Positions 20,607-30,437 of a DNA stretch of 64,000 bases are shown piece after piece; the first letter of the stretch is position 1, and every line of letters starts with the position of its first letter. The notes below the pieces were generated by a model. It made no database searches and had not been told where the DNA came from. It saw only the letters and a list, made by a program, of their open reading frames with translations. The translations under genes were made by a program, and so were the position numbers. The DNA comes from Candidatus Dadabacteria bacterium (lineage in GTDB: Bacteria > Desulfobacterota_D > UBA1144 > Nemesobacterales > CSP1-2). The stretch lies in contig CAWDVW010000007.1 of assembly GCA_963805855.1 (NCBI GenBank), positions 544,001-608,000 of the forward strand. Reading direction: 5' to 3'.

Positions 20607-21356
20607 ATGCCTCAACAGATAAAATATCTTCTCGCCCTTTCTATTGTCTTAATTCTCATTTTCCTAATTGCCCGCCATTTTCTTATGCCCGCAAGTTTTG
20701 GGCAATACGGTCATTATCGTGCCGATTCATTACAATCTGCAGTATCCAGGGAAATTAAATATGGCGGGGAAACTGCATGCAACGAATGCCATGATGATAT
20801 ATACATTTTAAAAGACAAATCATACCATCGGGGGGTTGCCTGCGAAGTATGCCATGGGCCTGCCTATGCCCATACCCAGGACCCGTATGAGTACAAACCC
20901 CCTGCACCAAGAAAACGCGCCTATTGTCCGTTGTGTCATGGATATAATCCCACAAGACCCACAGGATTCCCACAGATTGACCCTGTAAGACATAATCCCG
21001 GTAAGCCCTGCATTTTCTGCCATAATCCCCATGACCCGGTTCCTCCTGTTACGCCCCAGGAATGCGACCCATGCCACACGCAAATCGCCCGGACTAAAAT
21101 TGTCTCACCCCACGCACCCCTACCCTGTACTCGATGCCACGAAGCGAAGGAAGAGCATAAATTAAATCCAAGGATGGCTTTGCCGGATAAACCGAGGAAT
21201 AGAGAATTCTGTGGACAGTGCCACGCACAGGAGGCAGAAAGTTCCCCTGAAATTCCGCGTGTGGACATCAAAACTCATGGCAACGGTTTTTTGTGCTGGG
21301 AGTGTCACTATCCCCATTATCCTGAAGCCGGCATAAAGGAGGATGAGAAGCAATGA
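20607..21356 (+). CDS. Membrane-anchored octaheme cytochrome c
   Basis: N-terminal TM helix and 8 CxxCH motifs. Confidence 0.93.
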   Translation: MPQQIKYLLALSIVLILIFLIARHFLMPASFGQYGHYRADSLQSAVSREIKYGGETACNECHDDIYILKDKSYHRGVACEVCHGPAYAHTQDPYEYKPPAPRKRAYCPLCHGYNPTRPTGFPQIDPVRHNPGKPCIFCHNPHDPVPPVTPQECDPCHTQIARTKIVSPHAPLPCTRCHEAKEEHKLNPRMALPDKPRNREFCGQCHAQEAESSPEIPRVDIKTHGNGFLCWECHYPHYPEAGIKEDEKQ

Positions 21357-22165
21357 ATACTAAAGAGCTTCTTGATAACGTAACAAATAGGAGGAACTTT
21401 CTTAAAAGCCTCCTCATAATTCCCTCCGGGTTTTTTCTTGGCGGTCTTTTTTCTAAAATATTCCCCTTCTTCAAAAAGGCATCTCGTGAAAACACTTCCA
21501 CATTGGAAAGTATTTATGGGAAATACAATCCGAAGGAGCACTACTATGCGATGGGTATTGACATCGACAAGTGCATAGGGTGTGGACGATGTGTAGAGGC
21601 GTGCAAGATCGAAAATAATGTTCCTCAGGAACCCTATTTCTTCAGAACCTGGGTGGAAAGATATACTATTACAGTCGATGGAGAAACGAGTGTGGATAGT
21701 CCTGAAGGTGGAATGCATGGCTTCCCCGAGCCCGTTAGTGAGAAAGAAATCCTTCGCACCTTTTTCGTTCCAAAGTTATGTAATCAATGTGACAATCCAC
21801 CCTGTGTGCAGGTCTGTCCTGTTGGAGCCACATACCAGACAATAGATGGAGTTGTCCTTGTTGATAAAGACTACTGTATAGGATGTCGTTACTGCATTCA
21901 GGCCTGTCCTTATGGAGCGAGATATCTCAATCCTGAGACTAAGACGGCGGACAAATGCACATTTTGTTATCACAGAATCGTAAAGGGATTGCAGCCTGCT
22001 TGCGTAGAGGTATGTCCCACTGGAGCAAGAACTTTTGGAGAAGTAAAACCACGCAACAATCCCCTTGCGCGATTTGTCCGATTCAACAATATTGGTGTCT
22101 TAAAGCCCTATCTTAACACAGAACCCAAGGTCTACTATGCTAATCTAGACAAGGAGGTTACCTAG
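21353..22165 (+). CDS. Tat-exported 4x[4Fe-4S] protein (NrfC/DsrO family)
   Basis: NRRNFLK Tat motif; CIGCGRC, CNQCDNPPCVQVCP, CIGCRYCIQACP and KCTFC. Confidence 0.95.
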   Translation: MNTKELLDNVTNRRNFLKSLLIIPSGFFLGGLFSKIFPFFKKASRENTSTLESIYGKYNPKEHYYAMGIDIDKCIGCGRCVEACKIENNVPQEPYFFRTWVERYTITVDGETSVDSPEGGMHGFPEPVSEKEILRTFFVPKLCNQCDNPPCVQVCPVGATYQTIDGVVLVDKDYCIGCRYCIQACPYGARYLNPETKTADKCTFCYHRIVKGLQPACVEVCPTGARTFGEVKPRNNPLARFVRFNNIGVLKPYLNTEPKVYYANLDKEVT

Positions 22166-23368
22166 TTGGATCCCTTACTTGAGAGACTTGCCATTTCCCT
22201 TAAAGAAGTTACAGGCTTCATCTATCCCAATGAGATTGAGCTCCATTGGAGCATCCTAATTGTTGTTTATCCCTATCTTACGGGTCTTGTAGCAGGGGCT
22301 TTTATTCTGGCTTCACTGGAAAGGGTTTTTAATGTTAAAGAGGTAGAGCCTACTTACCGGCTTTCTCTTCTCACTGCGCTTGCTTTCCTTATTGTCGCGC
22401 CTCTTCCTCTTGTGGCTCATCTAGGACATCCCGAACGGGCCTATGAAATTTTCCTCACACCCAATTTCAAGTCTGCTATGGCTATGTTTGGCTTTGTATA
22501 TGGCTGGTATCTATTAGTTGTTCTTCTCGTGGAATTGTGGTTTGAGTACAGGAAGGATATCGTTGTCTGGTCTAACAAAGAAAGAGGGTTGAAAAGGTTT
22601 ATTTATCTCATCTTAACCCTTGGGGCTTCAGACCTTTCAGAAAGATCTCTTCAGTTTGACAGAAAGGCTGCAAAATTTATAACCATCATAGGCATTCCAT
22701 CCGCTTTCCTCCTTCATGGTTATGTGGGTTTTATCTTCGGCTCTGTGAAGGCGAACCCCTGGTGGAGCAGTGTGCTTATGCCAGTAGTTTTTTTGTTTTC
22801 CGCTATAGTATCGGGGATCGCGCTTGTGATGTTACTCTACATGGTTATTACTCTCTTTCGACGAAAAAGTGTGGATATGGCCTGTATGGATAAGCTCGCT
22901 TCCTTTTTGCTCTATGCAATGATACTGGACTTCTCACTGGAAAACCTTGACTTCATTCACCGCATTTACGAATCAGAAGAATCCATAAAAATACTGTACC
23001 AGCTTTTAATCAGCAAGCTATTCATCAGTATGGTTGTGATTCAGATGCTGTTAGGAACTATAATTCCAATGGTCTTATTGGCATGGACAAAGTTGACGCG
23101 CCTTCCTGATGAGTTAAGGCGTCTTATCTACTTTGGGAGCGCAATTCTTACCCTGATAGGAATTTTTAGTATAAGATGGAATGTGGTTATCGGGGGGCAA
23201 TTATTTTCCAAGAGCTTAAGAGGGCTTACAACGTACAAAATGGAATTGCTCGGAATTGAAGGACTCTTGGTGGCGTTATTCTTTCTAACGCTCCCATTTA
23301 TTATTCTGTACATCCTCGTTGCTCTGTTGCCGCCATGGAAGGAAGCAGAGGTTAAAATTGAAACGTAG
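22166..23368 (+). CDS. nrfD: NrfD/PsrC family quinol-interacting membrane subunit
   Basis: W...IVVYPYLTGLVAG, HLGHPER, multiple TM helices and RWNVVIGGQ. Confidence 0.92.
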   Translation: MDPLLERLAISLKEVTGFIYPNEIELHWSILIVVYPYLTGLVAGAFILASLERVFNVKEVEPTYRLSLLTALAFLIVAPLPLVAHLGHPERAYEIFLTPNFKSAMAMFGFVYGWYLLVVLLVELWFEYRKDIVVWSNKERGLKRFIYLILTLGASDLSERSLQFDRKAAKFITIIGIPSAFLLHGYVGFIFGSVKANPWWSSVLMPVVFLFSAIVSGIALVMLLYMVITLFRRKSVDMACMDKLASFLLYAMILDFSLENLDFIHRIYESEESIKILYQLLISKLFISMVVIQMLLGTIIPMVLLAWTKLTRLPDELRRLIYFGSAILTLIGIFSIRWNVVIGGQLFSKSLRGLTTYKMELLGIEGLLVALFFLTLPFIILYILVALLPPWKEAEVKIET

Positions 23369-23575
23369 AAGTTTTTCAGTTAGGGGCTATAGGAAGCTAA
23401 AGATATATCTGAAAAGTGTGACTTAAAAATCCGTTTGATTTCGTAACGAAATGAAAGGATTCAGGTGAAAAAACATGTATAAATTTCCCGCACGTCTTGG
23501 TTTGATGGTCAAAGATACCGGTTGCACCAAGCTATTAGCTGTATGTTAAAGAAAAGGCAACATGTGATACAAGTT

Positions 23576-25582
23576 ATGCGATCAAATGAGCGATTGTTTC
23601 TCTTAACTCTTTTCTTTTTAATTTTTTGTCCCTTCACAGTTACTTCCGGTTCTGATGAGCTTAAAAGTGAAGACTGCCTTATATGTCACGAGACGATGGA
23701 GCCCTTGGTTGATAAAGGACTCTTAGATGCCTCAATCCATAGTGGTTTCGAGTGCACAGATTGTCATCAGGACGTAACACAGATACCCCACGAAGAAGTC
23801 CCGAAGAAGGTTGATTGCTCTTCATGTCACCCAGAGATTGCGAAAGAATACTCTGAAAGTATACATGGTGAAGCAATAGCGAGGGGTGATCGCGATGCCC
23901 CAATTTGTACGAGTTGTCACGGCTCACACGGCATTCTTCCAAAGAATAACCCTAAATCTCATATAAACCCCTTGAATATTCCTGCGACATGTTCAAATTG
24001 CCATACAAGTGAAAAGATTACAAAGCAGCACCCACTCCCGTCACCGGAATTTATTGAGAGTTACAGTAAAAGTGTTCACGGCCGTGGCGTCCTTGTCAGT
24101 GGGCTAGTTGTCTCCGCGGTTTGTTCCGACTGCCATGGTGCGCATAATATAAAGCCCAAAAGTGACAAAAACTCCGGTGTCTATAGGGCAAATATACCGC
24201 TAACCTGTAAGAAGTGCCATCTTGGAATCTATGATGACTATGAGAGGAGCATCCATGGACAGCTCTGGAAAGAAGGTTTCGAAGCGGGACCAGTGTGTAC
24301 GACATGCCACAAATCCCATCAGATCACAGAGCCTGTGTCAGCTGGATTCAGGCTTCAGATATCTGAGGAGTGTAGTGGATGCCATGAGGCCAGAGCACTT
24401 ACCTATCGGGACACATTCCACGGGCAGTCAACGTCTCTAGGGTTTGTTCAGGTCGCAAAATGCTCAGATTGCCATACCCCTCACCTAAATCTTCCAGAAG
24501 AAAACCCACTTTCATCAGTCTATTCCGGAAATCTCATCGACACTTGCGGCAAATGTCACTCCAATATAAATAAGAAATTTATCACCTATGACCCACATGC
24601 CGATCCTCACGATAAGGATAGATCTCCTCTGCTTTATTACGTAAATACCCTCATGAATTGGCTTCTCATTTCAGTTTTTGGCTTTTTTGGCTTACATCTG
24701 GTTCTTTGGCTTCAGCGCTCAGCCGTAGCAGTAGCAAGGGGCGAGATTCCCACCCACTGGAGCGGCGACAAGTATGTTCGCCGGTTTAGCCTTCCCCACA
24801 GGATTACGCACGTTACTCTTGTCATAAGCTTCCTAGGACTTGCTGCTACGGGACTTCCACTCATGTATAATTACACGGCGTGGGGAAAAATTCTCGAAGG
24901 AATTCTAGGCGGCGTTGAGGTTACAAGGTACTTCCATAGATTCTTTGCAATAGTGACATTGGGTTACATTAGTTTTCATCTCGGTTATATGCTAGACAAG
25001 ATATTTTTAAAGGGCAACATAAGCCTTCTCTATGGTCCTAATTCTATGATTCCTAGGAGTGAAGACATTGTGGATCTCTACAAGAACATAAGGTGGTTCT
25101 TATACTTAGGTCCCCGTCCGAAACTGGACAGATGGACATATTGGGAGAAGTTCGATTATTTTGCGGTTTTCTGGGGAATACCGGTGATAGGCTTCTCCGG
25201 ACTTATGCTCTGGTTTCCCGAGGTCTTTACAAAGATTCTTCCTGGCTACTTTCTAAATGTGGCAATGATAGTCCACGGAGAGGAAGCCCTTCTTGCAGTT
25301 GGATTCATATTCACATTCCATTTCTTCCACACCCATCTCCGACCTGAGAGTTTTCCGTTAGACACTGTCATTTTTACCGGCAAAATACCTCTGGAAAGAT
25401 TTATCGAGGAAAGACCCGAAGAATACAATAGGCTACTCAAAGAGGGAAGGCTTGAAGAAATCATTGTTGAACCGCCATCACAACTTGCTATCATGTTCTC
25501 TAAGTGGTTTGGTTTTGCTGCACTAGGCGTAGGATTGATCTTGATCATCGCGATCTTTGCGACCTTCCTTGCTAATATTTAG
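23576..25582 (+). CDS. cbcL: CbcL-like fusion of an 11-heme cytochrome c and a diheme cytochrome b domain
   Basis: 11 CxxCH, then FdnI/HydC-type cytochrome b (RF...HR..H, FHR, YWEKFDYFAVFWG, HGEEALLA, HFFHTH). The track ORF begins at 23522; ATG 23576 gives a better signal peptide. Confidence 0.85.
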   Translation: MRSNERLFLLTLFFLIFCPFTVTSGSDELKSEDCLICHETMEPLVDKGLLDASIHSGFECTDCHQDVTQIPHEEVPKKVDCSSCHPEIAKEYSESIHGEAIARGDRDAPICTSCHGSHGILPKNNPKSHINPLNIPATCSNCHTSEKITKQHPLPSPEFIESYSKSVHGRGVLVSGLVVSAVCSDCHGAHNIKPKSDKNSGVYRANIPLTCKKCHLGIYDDYERSIHGQLWKEGFEAGPVCTTCHKSHQITEPVSAGFRLQISEECSGCHEARALTYRDTFHGQSTSLGFVQVAKCSDCHTPHLNLPEENPLSSVYSGNLIDTCGKCHSNINKKFITYDPHADPHDKDRSPLLYYVNTLMNWLLISVFGFFGLHLVLWLQRSAVAVARGEIPTHWSGDKYVRRFSLPHRITHVTLVISFLGLAATGLPLMYNYTAWGKILEGILGGVEVTRYFHRFFAIVTLGYISFHLGYMLDKIFLKGNISLLYGPNSMIPRSEDIVDLYKNIRWFLYLGPRPKLDRWTYWEKFDYFAVFWGIPVIGFSGLMLWFPEVFTKILPGYFLNVAMIVHGEEALLAVGFIFTFHFFHTHLRPESFPLDTVIFTGKIPLERFIEERPEEYNRLLKEGRLEEIIVEPPSQLAIMFSKWFGFAALGVGLILIIAIFATFLANI

Positions 25583-25730
25583 AGCCTCTTCGAGAGACGG
25601 AGTTATACTAAATGTTGATAATTAATTTAGAAAACAAAGCACAGTCTTCGATATAAACATAAACTTGAAACGCGGGTATATTTTTGGTGAGACTACTGAT
25701 GAATCTTAGATCCACAAGGGAGAAGTTCAC

Positions 25731-27239
25731 ATGAGATTACCTAGGCTTGTCCACAATTGGTTAAGCTATGCCGGTGCGGCTATAGCGGCTCTGTCGCTAA
25801 TTCTTTTTATCTTCCTATTTGCCCTTCACTCAATCGTTGATACCTCAGGAGTGCCGTACGCCGGGCTGATCATCTTCGTACTTGTTCCGATGATTTTTGT
25901 TTTCGGTATGATACTCATCCCGATCGGCATGTTGCTGGAGTGGCGCCTCTGGAGAACCAAGCGTATAAGATCATTACCGCGGTTTCCTATAATCGACTTA
26001 AACAACCCAAACCAACGGAATGCGACATTCATCTTTTTAGTGGGCTCAATCCTGCTCATACTTCTTGTTACTGTTAGTGGTTACAAAGCCTATCATGTGA
26101 CTGATTCGGTCGCCTTCTGCGGCACGCTTTGCCACAGCGTGATGCAACCCGAGTACACCGCTTATCAGAATTCGCCCCATGCAAGGGTCCGCTGCGTCGA
26201 CTGCCATGTGGGACCAGGGGCGGACTGGTTTGTCAAATCCAAAATGTCAGGACTATACCAGGTTTACGCGGTTCTCCTTAACAAATACCCGAGGCCTATT
26301 CCGGTCCCAATCGAGAGCTTACGCCCTGCCCAGGAAACATGTGAGCAGTGTCACTGGCCCGAGCAATTTTTTGGGGCCCAACAAAAAAGGCTGATCCATT
26401 TTTTGCCTGACGAGAATAATACTCGTTGGGATATTAATCTGCTTATCAAAATCGGTGGGGGCAGCCCTGAGACCGGGCTGACCGAAGGAATCCACTGGCA
26501 CATGAACATTGCCAATCGGGTTGAATATATCGCCACGGATGAGATCCGACAGGAGATTCCCTGGGTAAGAATGACGAATTTGGAAACTGGAGAGGCTATC
26601 GAGTACATGTCAACCGAAAATCCACTTTCAGAGGAAGAAATCGGCAATGCACATATACGGAAGATGGACTGCATGGATTGCCACAACCGACCCACGCACA
26701 TTTTCCGTTCCCCTAGCTACTCGATGAATCTCGCTTTAGGCACCGGCAAGATAGATCCTACGTTGCCCTTCATTAAACAAACCGGCGTCAAACTGCTGTC
26801 TGGAAATTATGACTCCACGGAATTGGCGCTTGGGGAAATTGAGAGTGGGGTCAAAAAATTCTACCGGGACGGAAATTCTGACTTGACAAATCACAAAGAA
26901 GATTTGATTTCCGGTGCAATAGTGGGGATCCAGGACATTTATCAGAACAACTTTTTCCCTGATATAATGAAGGTGCGGTGGGACGTCTACCCGAATAACG
27001 TCGGTCACCTGAATTCCCCTGGGTGCTTTCGCTGTCACGATGGACTTCACAAGACTGCAGACGGAAAGATGATCACGACTAAGTGTACTGCCTGCCATAC
27101 TATCATATCACAGGGAACACCAGAGAATATGGAGTATTCAATGGAACCAGACGGGCTTGCTTTTCGGCATCCCGAGGATATCGGAGAGATGTGGAAGGAG
27201 ATAAAGTGTAGCGACTGCCACACCGGCCAACTGCCATGA
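25731..27239 (+). CDS. imcH: ImcH-like NapC/NirT family heptaheme inner-membrane cytochrome
   Basis: 3 N-terminal TM helices, FCGTLCH (CX3CH) plus 6 CxxCH, RPAQETCEQCHWP, GIHWH and CMDCHNRPTH; 502 aa. Confidence 0.85.
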   Translation: MRLPRLVHNWLSYAGAAIAALSLILFIFLFALHSIVDTSGVPYAGLIIFVLVPMIFVFGMILIPIGMLLEWRLWRTKRIRSLPRFPIIDLNNPNQRNATFIFLVGSILLILLVTVSGYKAYHVTDSVAFCGTLCHSVMQPEYTAYQNSPHARVRCVDCHVGPGADWFVKSKMSGLYQVYAVLLNKYPRPIPVPIESLRPAQETCEQCHWPEQFFGAQQKRLIHFLPDENNTRWDINLLIKIGGGSPETGLTEGIHWHMNIANRVEYIATDEIRQEIPWVRMTNLETGEAIEYMSTENPLSEEEIGNAHIRKMDCMDCHNRPTHIFRSPSYSMNLALGTGKIDPTLPFIKQTGVKLLSGNYDSTELALGEIESGVKKFYRDGNSDLTNHKEDLISGAIVGIQDIYQNNFFPDIMKVRWDVYPNNVGHLNSPGCFRCHDGLHKTADGKMITTKCTACHTIISQGTPENMEYSMEPDGLAFRHPEDIGEMWKEIKCSDCHTGQLP

Positions 27240-27309
27240 ATCGACTCAGTCAATCGAATTAGGGTCTCGACAAAAACAACGGACTGAGGTTGTAAGGGCT
27301 TGATCACTC

Positions 27310-27969
27310 TTAGGGTGTTATCTCTATTAATCCCTTTCGAATGGCAAATTTTATGAGGTCGGTTCGGGTGTGAATATTAAGCTTTTCCATTATGTGTGTT
27401 CGATGGCCCATCACAGTTTTAACACTCATGTAAAGCATATCAGCGATCTCATTGTTCTTATAGCCCTCTGCAACAAGCTTTAGCACCTGTTTTTCTCTAT
27501 TAGTGAGGCTTTCGTAAGGGTCTTCTTCAATATCTTTATCCTTTCCTTGCAGGTACCCCTCTATCACAACAGGAGCGACCTCGGGATGCAAAAACGTACT
27601 GCCTCTCATCGCTGCTTGAATCGCGGATATAAGCTCTGTACTCGTTGCTTTTTTAAGGACATAGCCAGAAGCACCTGCTTTTAAGAACCTGTATATATAT
27701 TCTTTATTATCATACTGGGTAAGGACAATGATTTTTGTCTTAGGGCAGGCATTTCGTATCTCCAGAGTGGCTTCGAGCCCACCTAGGCCAGGCATAGCGA
27801 TATCCATTAGCACCACATCCGGCTTGACCTTTCGGGCTTTTTCTATAGCTTCCCTACCATCTGTGGCATCGCCCACGACGTCAATGTCTCCGCAACCCTC
27901 TAGAAGCGCCCTTATGCCTTCACGTATAAGGGCATGGTCGTCGGCGATAAGCACCTTTATATTACTGAT
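27310..27969 (-). CDS. NarL/LuxR family response regulator
   Basis: ADDH, DVVLMD, GASGYVLK and LTNRE HTH. Start extended from GTG 27954 to ATC 27969 (see findings). Confidence 0.95.
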   Translation of the reverse strand: MSNIKVLIADDHALIREGIRALLEGCGDIDVVGDATDGREAIEKARKVKPDVVLMDIAMPGLGGLEATLEIRNACPKTKIIVLTQYDNKEYIYRFLKAGASGYVLKKATSTELISAIQAAMRGSTFLHPEVAPVVIEGYLQGKDKDIEEDPYESLTNREKQVLKLVAEGYKNNEIADMLYMSVKTVMGHRTHIMEKLNIHTRTDLIKFAIRKGLIEITP

Positions 27970-27970
27970 T

Positions 27971-29827
27971 TTAGCTAACCTCCCTTAATGGAACCGTAAC
28001 TACAACCCTTGTCCCAGATCCGGGTTGTGACTGTACTTCAAGCTTTCCATCCAGAAGTAAGACCCGTTCCTTCATTCCGAGAAGCCCAAGCCCCCGGCTA
28101 CCCGACTCTGTACTTGATATACTCCCCAAATCAAATCCAATGCCATCGTCTTCAATCTCTAAACTAATGAAACTATCTTCAATCTCCAGATTAATAATAA
28201 CATTTTCCGCTTGAGAGTGCTTGGCTATATTCGTTATAGCCTCTTGAGCAACCCTAAATAGCACGGTTTCGATCTGGGTCTGAAATCTTTTTTCAAACAG
28301 ATCTCCTTCGTAGCGGAAATTAATGCCCAAGGGCTTGAGGCGTTCTTCTGCATACCACTTTATAGCAGCAGGAAGCCCGAGGTCATCAAGGATAGCAGGA
28401 CGGAGGTCAAAAATCATGCGGTGTGTGCTATCTATAGCACGAAGTGCGAGTTTCCTTGCATTATCTATTTTCACCTCAAGCAACTTAGGTGCGCTCGCCT
28501 CTCTTATTGCTTCGAGGGAAATGAGCATTGCAGCAAGAGTTTGGCTCATTTCATCGTGTAACTCCCTTGCAATTCTCTTCCGTTCTTCTTCCTGGGCTGA
28601 GATTATCCTACGGAGGAGTTCTCCTCGCTTCTCCTCCTTCTTCCTGAGTTCCTCATACAGAGAAAGGGTTTCTTTTGTTCTCTTATCCACCCTCCTCTCA
28701 AGTTCTCCTGTCCAGGCAGCGATTTCGTCCCGGGAATCCTTGAGCTTAATCCTCATTTCATCCAGGGTTTTGCCAAGTTGCCCGATTTCATCGTCTCCGG
28801 ATATAGAAATAGGCTCAAAGAGATTGCCAGAAGCAATTCTCCGGGCAGACATTGTTAAAGATTTAACCGGTGCAATAACGCTCTGAGCTACCCCTAGGGT
28901 TAGAATTAGAGTGACTACAAACAATACGGCGCCAAACGTAAAAAAGCGCCTTTTCATACTCTCCACAGGAGCAAGGGCTTCCCTCTCAGACTGTCTGATA
29001 TCGATTCCCCAAGGGATCTCGGAGAGAGGAGCAAAAGCCATGATCTCTTTTTTTGGCTCATCCTTTACGGCCTTCTCGTGGCAGTTGTGGCATGTTCCTA
29101 CGCTGGGCTGGCCCGTCTTGATAAGTCCTGAAAGAGTTCCGCCATGGTCACTCTCCGTTAGGATGTTTTCCGGTTTCGTAGAGGCTAAAACAAACCCGTT
29201 TCCGTCTACTATTTCGATATACCCTGTCTCCCCAATCTTTACTGGACGGATAACCCTAGCCAATGCAGGTCCGGTAGGGTCAATTTCCCCTCCTACGACA
29301 CCCAATGTTCTTCCATTCTTAACCATAGGGATCAGAGCGAATACCGCCTTTTTTGCTTGAGGCCTTATCTCGAATAAATTAGAAACGATAGGCTTCCCCG
29401 TGAGAATAGACTCTCTAACAGGGGGAAAACCCCCGAAATTTGATTCGGCAAGGGCTGGACGAGGAGGTTCTATCCACAAGAGATGCCCTCTACCGTCAAG
29501 CAAAAACACGTTGGCGAAAATTGACCGCAATAATGCATTGTGAAGAGCGGCTTTCTCCGCTGCCAGGTCTTCGTCTGCCAGATTGACGCCCTTGGAGAAA
29601 GCAACTTCTTGAAGATACATAAGATTCTGCCTGATTAAATCCTCGAGATTGCTCGCAACTGTTTGGGCAAGCACGAGCCGCTCTCGAAGCATTTGGTTGA
29701 CACTGTCGCGCATACTCAAAAAATCCGAGACACCAAGTATTGCTAGTATGGTCAGCACACCAGAGGCGCTGAGTAAGATTATTCTTCTTCGCAGGCTGGG
29801 TCTTTCAAAAAAGGATCTTAAGCCCAT
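27971..29827 (-). CDS. HisKA_3 sensor kinase with a periplasmic Cache-like domain containing a CxxCH, plus HAMP
   Basis: ERKRIARELHD, DDGIGF and GLGLLGMKER; TCHNCH lies between the two TM helices. Confidence 0.95.
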   Translation of the reverse strand: MGLRSFFERPSLRRRIILLSASGVLTILAILGVSDFLSMRDSVNQMLRERLVLAQTVASNLEDLIRQNLMYLQEVAFSKGVNLADEDLAAEKAALHNALLRSIFANVFLLDGRGHLLWIEPPRPALAESNFGGFPPVRESILTGKPIVSNLFEIRPQAKKAVFALIPMVKNGRTLGVVGGEIDPTGPALARVIRPVKIGETGYIEIVDGNGFVLASTKPENILTESDHGGTLSGLIKTGQPSVGTCHNCHEKAVKDEPKKEIMAFAPLSEIPWGIDIRQSEREALAPVESMKRRFFTFGAVLFVVTLILTLGVAQSVIAPVKSLTMSARRIASGNLFEPISISGDDEIGQLGKTLDEMRIKLKDSRDEIAAWTGELERRVDKRTKETLSLYEELRKKEEKRGELLRRIISAQEEERKRIARELHDEMSQTLAAMLISLEAIREASAPKLLEVKIDNARKLALRAIDSTHRMIFDLRPAILDDLGLPAAIKWYAEERLKPLGINFRYEGDLFEKRFQTQIETVLFRVAQEAITNIAKHSQAENVIINLEIEDSFISLEIEDDGIGFDLGSISSTESGSRGLGLLGMKERVLLLDGKLEVQSQPGSGTRVVVTVPLREVS

Positions 29828-29828
29828 C

Positions 29829-30389
29829 TCAATCGTGAATGCTCCTTGCTATTTTAAGTAAATCCTCAACCGACCCGTTAGATCTTAAGACTATCTTTCT
29901 ATCCCCTTGTCTCCAGCTTAGCTGTGTCCACCGGCTTCCTTTCTCCACTACACCGAGTTCTAGCGTCCCTTTCGCTCCACCGACCGAGACTTGAATCTCT
30001 TCGGAATCTCTATTGGGTTCCATTAAATCGACTCCCAACCCTTTGCTTTCATCTGTGTTTGAAATAATTTCGTAAATTACCAAGCTAGGCCTACCATCTC
30101 CTTGTGAAATGAATACCAGTGTTATAATGAGGGAGGGCTTTCTTACCACCCTGATTTCTTCAGGCGGCCAGATGAGATAATCTGGGAAGTATGAGGGAAG
30201 AAATATTTTTAATCCAAGTGAAAATTCAGCTTCTTCTACGCTACTGTAAAATTTGTGTTCGCTTTCCTTTATATATGCGGGGACTTTTTTCAAAATGTAT
30301 AGTGATATCAATACCACACACATCAAGATAGTGATAGATAACACTATTTTCGACATTTCTCTTAAAAAGTAAGTAGCTTTTCCAGTCAT
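29829..30389 (-). CDS. Single-pass membrane protein with extracytoplasmic DUF4367-like domain
   Basis: One TM helix, SVEEAE...LPSYFP and EDLLKIARSI. The family call is by eye only. Confidence 0.6.
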   Translation of the reverse strand: MTGKATYFLREMSKIVLSITILMCVVLISLYILKKVPAYIKESEHKFYSSVEEAEFSLGLKIFLPSYFPDYLIWPPEEIRVVRKPSLIITLVFISQGDGRPSLVIYEIISNTDESKGLGVDLMEPNRDSEEIQVSVGGAKGTLELGVVEKGSRWTQLSWRQGDRKIVLRSNGSVEDLLKIARSIHD

Positions 30390-30437
30390 AACTTTAGGCC
30401 GTTTGCCTTAATTCAAATTGTGAGAGCATCTTAGCGC

